A stretch of DNA of 64,000 bases from Pseudomonadota bacterium (GTDB taxonomy: Bacteria; Pseudomonadota; Gammaproteobacteria; Acidiferrobacterales; Acidiferrobacteraceae): NCBI GenBank assembly GCA_021819125.1, contig JAKARW010000001.1, positions 42,278 to 106,277 on the forward strand, in the 5' to 3' direction. The notes below the pieces were generated by a model. The model was not told where the DNA came from. It ran no database searches and worked only from the letters and a program-made list of their open reading frames with translations. Made by a program: the position numbers and the translations under genes. This document shows positions 39,168-47,326 of the stretch, piece by piece. Numbering within the stretch: the stretch's first letter is position 1; each line of letters begins with the position of its first letter.

Positions 39168-41470
39168 GCGCGCGGCGCTACTGCGACGTTTATACATGGT
39201 CGCATGCCTTAACCGAAACCGTTGTGGCGCACGGGGATGGCGCCGTCTCGCTCGCAATCTTATGGGACGGGCTTGATGCCGAGTTCGAAGATAGCGGGGA
39301 GCGCGCGCGAGAGTGGGCTACGATCGAGCGGGTCTTGGAGCGCCTGCCGGAGGGGTATTGGCTGGAGTTTCACCTATGGCGTGAGCGCAATCCGGCGGCG
39401 GTGGAAGGTTATCTCAGGTATTACGAGCAGGCGCCCCGTAAGAGCAAGTTTGCGGCCACGGTGCGCGCGGCCATCGCCGATCATCTGGCGCCGTATATCC
39501 TGATGAACACCGTCGCGCTTATAGTCGGGCGACTGCCAAAGATGGAGGCGGGCCTGCGCCGGGCCCTCAATGGACAGGCGCTGCGAGCCGCCGACCTCGG
39601 GGTGCTGGGCGCGGAGCTTGCGACGCTGCTCCCAGGCGGCCGGATCGCCACGGTCCTCGAGTACGCCGGACTCATACAACGCAGTTACGACGAGCGCCCG
39701 GCGCCATCGGCGCTAGACCCGTGGCTGTCGCTTGCCGAGCAGCTGATTGCCGTGCCGCCGCGACCCGGCAAGCGGCTTTTGGATGTCGATGGCCATACCC
39801 GCCGCATCCTTTATCTTCATCTTTATCCCGACATCGAACCCGCCTGGATCCTGCCCAGCGTATCCGGCGCCATCAGCCTGCATGTCTGCCAGGTCGTCCT
39901 GCCGGCCGCCACCGAGCGGGCATTACGCGCCTCCGAACGCGCCGATCGGCTGGCGCAAGGCGCCTTGGCGCACAAAGGGCGGGAGCGGCAAATCGCCGCC
40001 CTCAAGGACATGCAAGGCTTCCGGCAGCAGGTGGCCGATCACGATTGGCGCGTGCACCGTAATGCCTATATGGTCTGCGTCGATCTCGACGACGTTCCAC
40101 CACAGGCGTTGGCGCGGCTCGTCGAGTCCCTGCAGGGTAAGGGTGGGCGGGTGCGCGACGATGACTTTATTCAGCTACCGTTTTTTCGCGTATCACAACC
40201 AGGCCAAGGATACCGCTCACCCATCTGGCGGCCGGATCATAGCGCGCTGATCGCCGCCATGAGCCCGGCGCAAGTTTTTCGCACCGGCGCCCCGCATCAC
40301 GAATCCCTGCGTCTGGGTCTTGCGTCGCAGCCGCTCGCTTTCGATTACAGTCATCAGGCCGTGGCACATGGCTTTACGGTGGCCATGACGGGCGCCGGTA
40401 AAGGCGTCGATAAGGTGGCCACCATAGTCGAAACGTATCCATTTGGTATCGACTGGTATGTGCTTGAAATCGGGTCGACCTACCGCTGGGCCATAGAAGC
40501 GCTGGGTGGGCGTTATACGAGGCTCGACCCGGGGGCGGCCGCGGTCAATCCCTTGCCGCCACGCGCGCAAGCCATTGCCGGCTTAGACCCGCTGCTTGCC
40601 TCGGGCACGCTCAATATCCTGGCCTTCATCCTGACCGATGGGCGCACGCTTCTTGATTTCCATGAGGCGGCGGCCGGGGCCGCGGCCTTGATGCGGCTCT
40701 ACAGAAACGCATCAGCCACCGATCCCGGCTTGGCGGATCTTTTGGCATCACTTGAAAACCTAGACGACGTGAGCCCAAAACAAAGGCAGGCTTCGCGCGT
40801 CATGGCCGCCAATCTCCACAGTTTCCTGGAGACACCCGAGGGCCGCATATTCGCCGGGCAAGACAACGTCCAGATTAGCCCTGGCATCAGCGGGATCGAC
40901 CTCAAGGACGTGGATCGGGCAAGCCCCAAGTTGCTTACGTTCTATTTGGTGTTTTTATGTCTGCGCTTTTTAAATCTTGCCTTCGCCGGACGCAATCAGG
41001 CGCGGGTCCTGCTGGATGAGATCCATCGATTCGTAGCCCATGCCCCCGGGGTCTTGTCACGCCTCGTCTCCGAGATCGCGCGCATGGGACGCAAGGAGGC
41101 GGCGGCGATCGATATCGTAACCCAGGGCTTGGCGGAGATCGATCTCATGGAAAAAGAGATCGTAAACTCCATGCCCCTAAGATCGCTTCTCTATCGTAAC
41201 GACGGATGGGAAGAGATCGCCGGCCGCATCGGCATGCCAGGCCGCGCCTTGGATATCTGGAAACAACTGCCATTTCCCTTGCATCTCCCCTGGCGACCGG
41301 CCATCCGCTCCGTCGGTCCCCAGTACTACGCCCTGCGATTGACATTTCCAGCGGCGGTTCTGGCCTTGGCAGACACCACCCCCGAGGGCCTGGCGCGCAA
41401 GGACCGCCTGGGAATGGAGTTATCCGACCCGCTTGCGCGGCTTGCCAGATTTCTAGAGGAAGCTTTATGA
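39158..41470 (+). CDS. VirB4/TrbE-like T4SS ATPase (atypical Walker A)
   Basis: 770 aa, the right size and position after B3. Walker A-like 'AMTGAGKGV', Walker B 'RVLLDEIH'. Start at ATG 39158. Confidence 0.75.
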   Translation: MALGARRYCDVYTWSHALTETVVAHGDGAVSLAILWDGLDAEFEDSGERAREWATIERVLERLPEGYWLEFHLWRERNPAAVEGYLRYYEQAPRKSKFAATVRAAIADHLAPYILMNTVALIVGRLPKMEAGLRRALNGQALRAADLGVLGAELATLLPGGRIATVLEYAGLIQRSYDERPAPSALDPWLSLAEQLIAVPPRPGKRLLDVDGHTRRILYLHLYPDIEPAWILPSVSGAISLHVCQVVLPAATERALRASERADRLAQGALAHKGRERQIAALKDMQGFRQQVADHDWRVHRNAYMVCVDLDDVPPQALARLVESLQGKGGRVRDDDFIQLPFFRVSQPGQGYRSPIWRPDHSALIAAMSPAQVFRTGAPHHESLRLGLASQPLAFDYSHQAVAHGFTVAMTGAGKGVDKVATIVETYPFGIDWYVLEIGSTYRWAIEALGGRYTRLDPGAAAVNPLPPRAQAIAGLDPLLASGTLNILAFILTDGRTLLDFHEAAAGAAALMRLYRNASATDPGLADLLASLENLDDVSPKQRQASRVMAANLHSFLETPEGRIFAGQDNVQISPGISGIDLKDVDRASPKLLTFYLVFLCLRFLNLAFAGRNQARVLLDEIHRFVAHAPGVLSRLVSEIARMGRKEAAAIDIVTQGLAEIDLMEKEIVNSMPLRSLLYRNDGWEEIAGRIGMPGRALDIWKQLPFPLHLPWRPAIRSVGPQYYALRLTFPAAVLALADTTPEGLARKDRLGMELSDPLARLARFLEEAL

Positions 41471-42090
41471 AAAAGACCTATGCCGCCATGGTTCTATGGG
41501 TTTTGGGCGCAGCACCCGCCAGCGCCTTTTTGGGCGTGGGCGATGTGACCTTCGATCCGCCGGTTCATGCGGAGCTCATGACTTTGTTCCATCAAACTAT
41601 TGCGATCTATCGCTCTGTCTTAAGCGAGGTCCATAGACTTCAGGCGGTCGAGTCGACCTTGCGCGCCGCGCAGCGTGACGTGAAGACCATCGCCGACGGC
41701 AATCTTGCCCGTTACGAGGAGCGCAGGCTGCCTCGCGGCTTGCCGCATGGTCTTAGGGGGCTGCTGGGCGCCACCGATGCCGCGGCCCATAAGGCGCGCG
41801 ACTATAACGCCTATCTGCACCAGCAGCTGCGCCGCTTTGGCAGGCTTACGCGGTTACGGTGGCTCGGCCGCGGGGTGGGGCAAGGCCTGAAGTTGTCGGC
41901 AACGAACTTGGGGGCCCGCACCAGCAGTGACGTGACCGCGCGATCGACGGCGGCGCTCGCAGCACTCGCCGCGAGGCAGGCGCGCACCGAAGAACGGCGG
42001 GCGATACGGCGCGCCGCGGAACAACGCAATGCGCGCCATCTGCCCACAGAGGCAGCATCCCTGTATCGCGCCTTCGGACAAACGTCATGA
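41467..42090 (+). CDS. TrbJ/VirB5-like periplasmic coiled-coil protein
   Basis: Signal peptide 'MKKTYAAMVLWVLGAAPASA', then 'GVGDVTFDPPVHAELMTLFHQTIAIY' (TrbJ-like V-x-D...N/H-x-Q start) and a long helical region. ATGA overlap. Confidence 0.5.
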   Translation: MKKTYAAMVLWVLGAAPASAFLGVGDVTFDPPVHAELMTLFHQTIAIYRSVLSEVHRLQAVESTLRAAQRDVKTIADGNLARYEERRLPRGLPHGLRGLLGATDAAAHKARDYNAYLHQQLRRFGRLTRLRWLGRGVGQGLKLSATNLGARTSSDVTARSTAALAALAARQARTEERRAIRRAAEQRNARHLPTEAASLYRAFGQTS

Positions 42091-43175
42091 GTAGTGCCTC
42101 TCTGGTCGCCGACCTGCTCGGCTATCTCGCGCCCGGGAGCGTGTACCGCGTCGCATCGCCTGTGGCGGACGCCCTCATGCGGACAGTAACGCCATCGCTT
42201 TTTTTGGTGGCGTTGTATACGCGCCTGCTCGAGGCGCAGCTCGACTCGGTCTCGGGGGCCGGACAACTCGCGCGCGTTGTGCGTGACGTCGCGGTGTGGG
42301 GCGTCATTCTGACGACCTATTTCGCGCTCGGTCATCTCGTAAACCACTATTTGAACGCGCTGTATGCGGCGATGGGTCGGATTGGGTCGCTACGGCTCGT
42401 GGCCACGCAGATGGCCACGTTACTCGACACCGCGGCCAAGGGGCCGAGCGGGGTGTGGGCCACCATAAAGGAAATCAACGCCTTGCCTTTGCGTCTTGCC
42501 ACCGTGCTTCTCTACTACGCGACCCTGGTCATGACGACTTTTCTGGAGGCGTTGCTGCGGATCGCCCAGGCCATAGGTTATGAGTTCGCGTTCCTCTATG
42601 GTCTTGTGGCCATACCGTTGGCCTTGAGCCGTACGCTGTCACTGCTGCGCGGCTTTGCCAAACTTCTCGGATTTTTCGTGCTGTGGCCGGTCGTACAGGC
42701 GCTTTTGCTGGCCGTGTTCTCGCCCATCTTCACGCACGCCGTGTCCGAGCTTCAAAGCCTTCTTGGCAAGGCCGATTACATGATCGTGTACGCGCACATG
42801 CTCTTTACCATTCTCAATCTCATCTTATGCGCCGTGCTGCTTGCCGCCCCGTATATCACCGCAAGTCTTATCGAGAATGCCGGCGCGGCCCATCCATTTT
42901 TGACCCCGTACATGGGCGCGCTCTCGCAGGCGGGGGCCACGGCGGCTGCCGCGGTAAGCGCGGGCGCCGCGAAGGCCGCGGACTACTATATCTATGGCCC
43001 CGATGAGGACATTTTGTCGCTGCCTCCGCGGCGCATACCCGAGCTCCACATTCCCGCCGACCCCGATTTCTGGCCAAGCGCGCACGATAACAACGCCGTG
43101 CGCACCAATTATCTCAAGCCGCAATACGACGGCCCTCCAAGAAGCGATAAGACCGATGATTTCTCTCGACGCTAA
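42087..43175 (+). CDS. TrbL/VirB6-like polytopic membrane protein
   Basis: 362 aa with at least 5 hydrophobic helices and a hydrophilic C-tail. Positioned after the TrbJ-like gene, as in Trb operons. Confidence 0.55.
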   Translation: MSSASLVADLLGYLAPGSVYRVASPVADALMRTVTPSLFLVALYTRLLEAQLDSVSGAGQLARVVRDVAVWGVILTTYFALGHLVNHYLNALYAAMGRIGSLRLVATQMATLLDTAAKGPSGVWATIKEINALPLRLATVLLYYATLVMTTFLEALLRIAQAIGYEFAFLYGLVAIPLALSRTLSLLRGFAKLLGFFVLWPVVQALLLAVFSPIFTHAVSELQSLLGKADYMIVYAHMLFTILNLILCAVLLAAPYITASLIENAGAAHPFLTPYMGALSQAGATAAAAVSAGAAKAADYYIYGPDEDILSLPPRRIPELHIPADPDFWPSAHDNNAVRTNYLKPQYDGPPRSDKTDDFSRR

Positions 43176-43782
43176 CGTGTGGCGCCGCCACGGCCCGCAC
43201 GGGCTTTTGATGCAGCGTCTGGCGCGCTACGCGCTGCTGGGCTGGGTGCTCTTTGGTTGCGCGGCGCTGGCGTTTGTTGTCCTGGCGGTGGTCGCCGTCT
43301 GGCGCACGCCGCCCATCATAGCGGTCGACCGGGCTGGGACTGTCCTGGGACGCATCCAGTGGCTGGGCGCAGTCCATCGATCGCGCCGCGAGATCATTAC
43401 GGCATCCATGCGGTTTTTGCAAGATTACCTCAGTGTCAACAGTGCCACCGTGGTGCCCGACTACATCCAGGCGCTCGATATGATGGCCCCACCGCTGCGC
43501 GCCACGACCGTGGCGATTTTGCGCGAAACCGCTTACCTGGCGCGTGTACGCGCCGCGCGCCTGCGCTCATGGGTGAGTTTCGCCAAGAGCCCAAACCACC
43601 CGCGCCTGGCGCGCCGGGACGGTAGACGTTTTTTGGTGCGGTTGTCAGGAGTCTTGCATGTCGTTTTGCCAAACGGCCGGCGCCATAACGAACGCTTTAC
43701 GTTGATCCTAACGGAGGTCGCGGTGGCGCGTCGCATGCACGACACCGCCGGCATCCTCATAGAGGCGATAGCCGCGCCATGA
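43156..43782 (+). CDS. VirB8-like bitopic protein
   Basis: Short cytoplasmic N-terminus, single TM 'YALLGWVLFGCAALAFVVLAVVAVW', ~150-aa periplasmic domain ('ASMRFLQDYLSVNS', NTF2-like pattern). Confidence 0.55.
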   Translation: MISLDANVWRRHGPHGLLMQRLARYALLGWVLFGCAALAFVVLAVVAVWRTPPIIAVDRAGTVLGRIQWLGAVHRSRREIITASMRFLQDYLSVNSATVVPDYIQALDMMAPPLRATTVAILRETAYLARVRAARLRSWVSFAKSPNHPRLARRDGRRFLVRLSGVLHVVLPNGRRHNERFTLILTEVAVARRMHDTAGILIEAIAAP

Positions 43783-44534
43783 TGCCCACTCTATCCGTCC
43801 CCTTAAGACCGTTCGTGCCGCATGCGCGCACCGTGATGCTGCGCCCCTACCGCGCATTGGCGGCCACCATCGTGCCTGATCTCGGCCTGCGCCTCATATT
43901 TCCGGGCGGCGCACCGCCGGCCCGTTTTGCGCTCACCAACCCGCTGTTTTCGGCGGCTCGCCTTGGGCGTCGCGCCATTCTCATAACCGTGGCACGCGGC
44001 GCCCATAAACGCTATTGCGGAAATGCCTTCATGGATTGGCGGGGCTTTTATGTGTCCCTGCTCTTGTGCACGACAACAAGCGGTCGCCACTATACGAGCG
44101 ATATCCTTTTTACGCGTCCACCCCGCCCACAGACGATGCCGCCGCGCCGGCCACGGCCCTCTCCGTGGGCGCGCGCCTGGGCTTATGCCGCCTTTGGGCC
44201 CACCCCGCAAACCGTCATTCGAAAGCGCATTTTTGCGACTCGCGGCGCGCGCACCATCGCCCTGCGCGTGCGCCGTCTGTGGCTCATGCCAGGAGAGCAG
44301 GTGCTCGGTTTTGCGCTCTTACGCGTCAAGGGTCCGCTGGGCTTGGTGCATGGCGCCCTACTCTACCGCGGGCGTCATAAGTGGCGGCGAATTCCCGCCG
44401 CCCTCACGTGTCGTTCATCAAAGACCGATCGGCGTGTCGCCTGCGCGCTCGTGCTTGCGCCCCCCGCGCGCCCTGTCAGGCGCTGGCATCTTATCGTTCT
44501 CACCGTCCTTGGACCGGTACGCTTGTCATGGTAG
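43779..44534 (+). CDS. Hypothetical protein, weakly VirB9/TrbG-like by position and strand pattern; no signal peptide
   Basis: 251 aa, very Arg-rich. 'LRLIFPGGAPPARFALTNPLFSAARLGRRAILITV' loosely resembles the VirB9 N-domain. ATGA overlap with the virB8-like gene. Confidence 0.35.
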   Translation: MMPTLSVPLRPFVPHARTVMLRPYRALAATIVPDLGLRLIFPGGAPPARFALTNPLFSAARLGRRAILITVARGAHKRYCGNAFMDWRGFYVSLLLCTTTSGRHYTSDILFTRPPRPQTMPPRRPRPSPWARAWAYAAFGPTPQTVIRKRIFATRGARTIALRVRRLWLMPGEQVLGFALLRVKGPLGLVHGALLYRGRHKWRRIPAALTCRSSKTDRRVACALVLAPPARPVRRWHLIVLTVLGPVRLSW

Positions 44535-45262
44535 CCCCATTGCCCGTCACCCCAGCGGCCATCGTGCGCCGCCTCGCGCACCAGAGACCGTCGCCGCCCT
44601 CGCTGTTTCATAGGCTGCTCGGGCTCGTAACCCCTCGCGCGCGACCGATCCGGGCTTTTGCGTCCATCCGGGTTTTGCAAGCGCCGCCGCGCCGGCCCAT
44701 GGCCTTTGCCATCGCCCATGGGCGTGCTCGGCCTGTGATCCTGGCAAGCCCAGAGCCCACGTTCGGCATTCGCCCCGGGTCGTGGATTCCGGTCATCCTG
44801 CGACACGGTGTCACCGACCAGGATCCGGCCCTCGTGGTCTTGCATGTGCCAGTGCCCGTGCGGGGTCTCCGAGGCGTCCTACCGGCCGGGACGCGTCTTC
44901 TTGGCCGCGTCGATGGCGCGCGGCTCGGGCGTGTGCAGGTCGGCGTCACTGAGGCGGTCACGCCGCGCGGGCGAATCCTGCCGTTCGCCGCCACGGCGTT
45001 TGGCGCCGACCATGATCTCGGCCTTCCCGCCTATGTGATGGGCGGGCGGCGCAAGGCCGCGCTTGCGGCCTTCGCGCAGTCGGTCGTGGAGGGTGTGGAT
45101 GCCGTCGTCGGGACCATGGAGGCCCAGTCGTCGGTCACGTCTGAGGCCTTGGGCCAGGTCGGCACCAATACCCTGAATGCCGCCGCGGATTGGCGCATCC
45201 CGCGCCGGATACTTTATGTCCCAGCGCAACAAGCCTATGTGGAAACTCAGAAGACATCATGA
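44528..45262 (+). CDS. VirB10/TrbI-like C-terminal barrel domain protein (no N-terminal TM or Pro-rich region)
   Basis: 'GSWIPVILRHGVTDQDPALVVLHV...LPAGTRLLGRVDG...RVQVGVTEAVTPRGRILPF...GADHDLGLPAYV' follows the TrbI-domain pattern. Confidence 0.5.
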   Translation: MVAPLPVTPAAIVRRLAHQRPSPPSLFHRLLGLVTPRARPIRAFASIRVLQAPPRRPMAFAIAHGRARPVILASPEPTFGIRPGSWIPVILRHGVTDQDPALVVLHVPVPVRGLRGVLPAGTRLLGRVDGARLGRVQVGVTEAVTPRGRILPFAATAFGADHDLGLPAYVMGGRRKAALAAFAQSVVEGVDAVVGTMEAQSSVTSEALGQVGTNTLNAAADWRIPRRILYVPAQQAYVETQKTS

Positions 45263-45801
45263 AACCAAAAACGTGGAAAGTCTGTTTCTTTATGGCCGGA
45301 TTGGTATTGCCGGCATCCTGTGGCGCCTGGCGGTTGGCGGTGGGTGGAGGCCTGCTCGCGGGTCTCGTCCCGGGGACGGCCTTGGGCTGGCAATTCACGG
45401 GCCAATGGACGCGTAGCACCTATGCACAGCAGAGATGGCTTGTAGACGCGAACATCAGCCAGTATGGGACGCAAGCGACCACGAGCGAGTGGCGCGAACG
45501 TGGGCGTGAAACCAGCCTGCTTGTGCTCTGGGAGCACCGGGCGCCATTCAGTTATGCGTTTCGGCCCTGGATCGGGATCGGAGGCGGAATCTCGCATTAC
45601 CGACTCGATGATCGGCAGCTTTTAAACGGTGCCGGCTACGCAATTGCCTCATATCCGGCCATCGTAAAAAACGACGGCGACTTGGCGATCGACATGACCG
45701 TACCGTTGACTTCATCGTGGTCTCTTGCCGTCACCGCCCAGACCGGATTTCCGTCACGCATTTCCACTGTCAGCATGACTATGCTCTGGAGGTTTTGGTG
45801 A
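45259..45801 (+). CDS. Small outer-membrane beta-barrel protein
   Basis: Signal peptide 'MKPKTWKVCFFMAGLVLPASCGA', alternating strands, aromatic C-terminus 'MLWRFW'. ATGA overlap upstream and GTGA overlap downstream. Confidence 0.6.
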   Translation: MKPKTWKVCFFMAGLVLPASCGAWRLAVGGGLLAGLVPGTALGWQFTGQWTRSTYAQQRWLVDANISQYGTQATTSEWRERGRETSLLVLWEHRAPFSYAFRPWIGIGGGISHYRLDDRQLLNGAGYAIASYPAIVKNDGDLAIDMTVPLTSSWSLAVTAQTGFPSRISTVSMTMLWRFW

Positions 45802-47216
45802 AAACTCGCAAACTTTACAGATGGGCATCACTTGCCGGCCTTGCGTTGAGCGGCTGTCAATTGGGAAATCCAGGACCCACGACCCCCATACCGCAAGGGT
45901 CGATCACGGGATACGTCGTCAGTGCCGGACCCGTGGCCGGCGCGTCGGTGTCCGTGCTTGGGCAAGGGGGCGTCCTTGCGGCCACGCGCACGGACGACAG
46001 CGGGCACTTCACGGTGGCGGTTCAAAGCCTCGATACGACCTTGGAGGTGGTCGCAAGCGGGGGCTCCTATGGCAACGCCGCGGGCCGCAATGTCCAATCC
46101 GGCGTCTTGCGCACGACCGTTTCCTATGCGCCGGGTAGCACCGAGGCGGTGGCCATCACCCCCATAACGAATGCCGTGGTGGCAGCCGAAGGCTATTTTC
46201 AGGGACAGGGATTGTCCGCGCCCGCGGCATTCGCGCGCGCCGATACCGTGTTTACGGATTGGCTCGGCTTCGATCCGGTGACCACGCAACCGGTGCTTGC
46301 TTCGGATGTCGGCGCCGGTACGCAGACCCTGAGCGCGGGCCTGCGCTACGGGCTTGTGCTGGCGGCTCTCACGCAATGGGCGCACGCCAACGTGAGCCAA
46401 ACGCAGACGGCGACGGAAGTTATGGCCGCGGATGTCGCCTATGACGGGCTGCTAAACGGTACCGGCGCCAGCGGCGCGCTTATGCTTGGGTCGCTTGCGC
46501 TATCGGCCGATGCCTATCGTCAGGGGCTCGCGGATGCCCTTTTGCAGGTTGCGGCATCGGCTCCGCCCGGGTCTGCGGATGCCCTTTCCGGGCCCAATTC
46601 CGCGGCGCTCCTGGCCTATGCGCAAGCGCTTGCCGAATCGACGTCGCCGCTTTTCGGCACGCTTGCACCGCCGTCTTTTGGCGGCAACACGCTCGCCTTG
46701 ACGATGGCGCCCTTGCCGGCGTGGACCCACGGAACGGTAGTGGCAAGTGGATCCGTGACCGATCCTTATGGGCTGCCGGTGACGGTCACGATCGCCATGG
46801 ATGGACAGCTTTACCAGACGGTGACCACGACATCGTCGTTTGCCTTTGCCATCAATACCAGTGCGCTCAGCAATGCCATGCATAGCGTGTCCGTCACCGC
46901 GCAGGACGCGGCCGGCGATGCGGCCTCTTATCAGGGGTCGATGGGCATCGATAACGCCCCGCCGCAGGCCTGCGTGACGGTGTTTCAGCCGATCATAGGC
47001 GGTGTCCTGGTCGCAGGTCAGTGGCAGGACATATCGGGGGTCGTGGCGGGGAGCGCCGACGGTGCCGCGCTTGCCATAACCCCAGGTATCTGGGAGGTGG
47101 AGGTGCCGACGCCCATACCCTCGCCGCTCGTGGTGGCCATGACTGACGCGGCGGGCAATGAGCAAAGTTTTTCGTGGGCCTTGAGCGGCACGTCCAATCC
47201 CGCGCCGTGCCCCTGA
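45798..47216 (+). CDS. Large lipoprotein with CarboxypepD_reg-like and bacterial Ig-like domains
   Basis: GTG start. Lipobox 'LALSGC'. 'GSITGYVVSAGPVAGASVSVL...TDDSGHFTV' is a carboxypeptidase-regulatory-like fold. 'HSVSVTAQDAAGDAAS...IDNAPP' and 'DAAGNE' are Ig-like repeats. Confidence 0.7.
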   Translation: MKTRKLYRWASLAGLALSGCQLGNPGPTTPIPQGSITGYVVSAGPVAGASVSVLGQGGVLAATRTDDSGHFTVAVQSLDTTLEVVASGGSYGNAAGRNVQSGVLRTTVSYAPGSTEAVAITPITNAVVAAEGYFQGQGLSAPAAFARADTVFTDWLGFDPVTTQPVLASDVGAGTQTLSAGLRYGLVLAALTQWAHANVSQTQTATEVMAADVAYDGLLNGTGASGALMLGSLALSADAYRQGLADALLQVAASAPPGSADALSGPNSAALLAYAQALAESTSPLFGTLAPPSFGGNTLALTMAPLPAWTHGTVVASGSVTDPYGLPVTVTIAMDGQLYQTVTTTSSFAFAINTSALSNAMHSVSVTAQDAAGDAASYQGSMGIDNAPPQACVTVFQPIIGGVLVAGQWQDISGVVAGSADGAALAITPGIWEVEVPTPIPSPLVVAMTDAAGNEQSFSWALSGTSNPAPCP

Positions 47217-47267
47217 GGGCATGCCCGCGGCTGATTGACGAACTACGATGACCGGGGTAGCGTCATG

Positions 47268-47297
47268 GCCATGCTTGGCACGGATGCCAGGCATGGC
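47268..47297 (+). other. Strong intercistronic hairpin (12-bp stem, 6-nt loop), no U-tract
   Basis: GCCATGCTTGGC-ACGGAT-GCCAGGCATGGC (one G:U pair). Ends 29 nt upstream of the ligase ATG. Confidence 0.6.
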
Positions 47298-47326
47298 TCC
47301 CACCTCAAGTCAAGGACGAACTGTGC

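Noticed and set aside
47274-47292. 'TTGGCACGGATGCCAGGCA' looked like a sigma54 -24 element upstream of the ligase gene
   Set aside because: No GC dinucleotide sits at the required GG-N10-GC spacing. The TGGCA/TGCCA pair is better explained as part of the 12-bp hairpin reported above.
46500-47303. 267-aa ORF on the - strand, and other 60-190-aa ORFs inside 45.8-47.3 kb
   Set aside because: Antisense or out of frame relative to the lipoprotein gene, which has a lipobox and domain-like repeats. Their compositions are Arg/Gly-rich.
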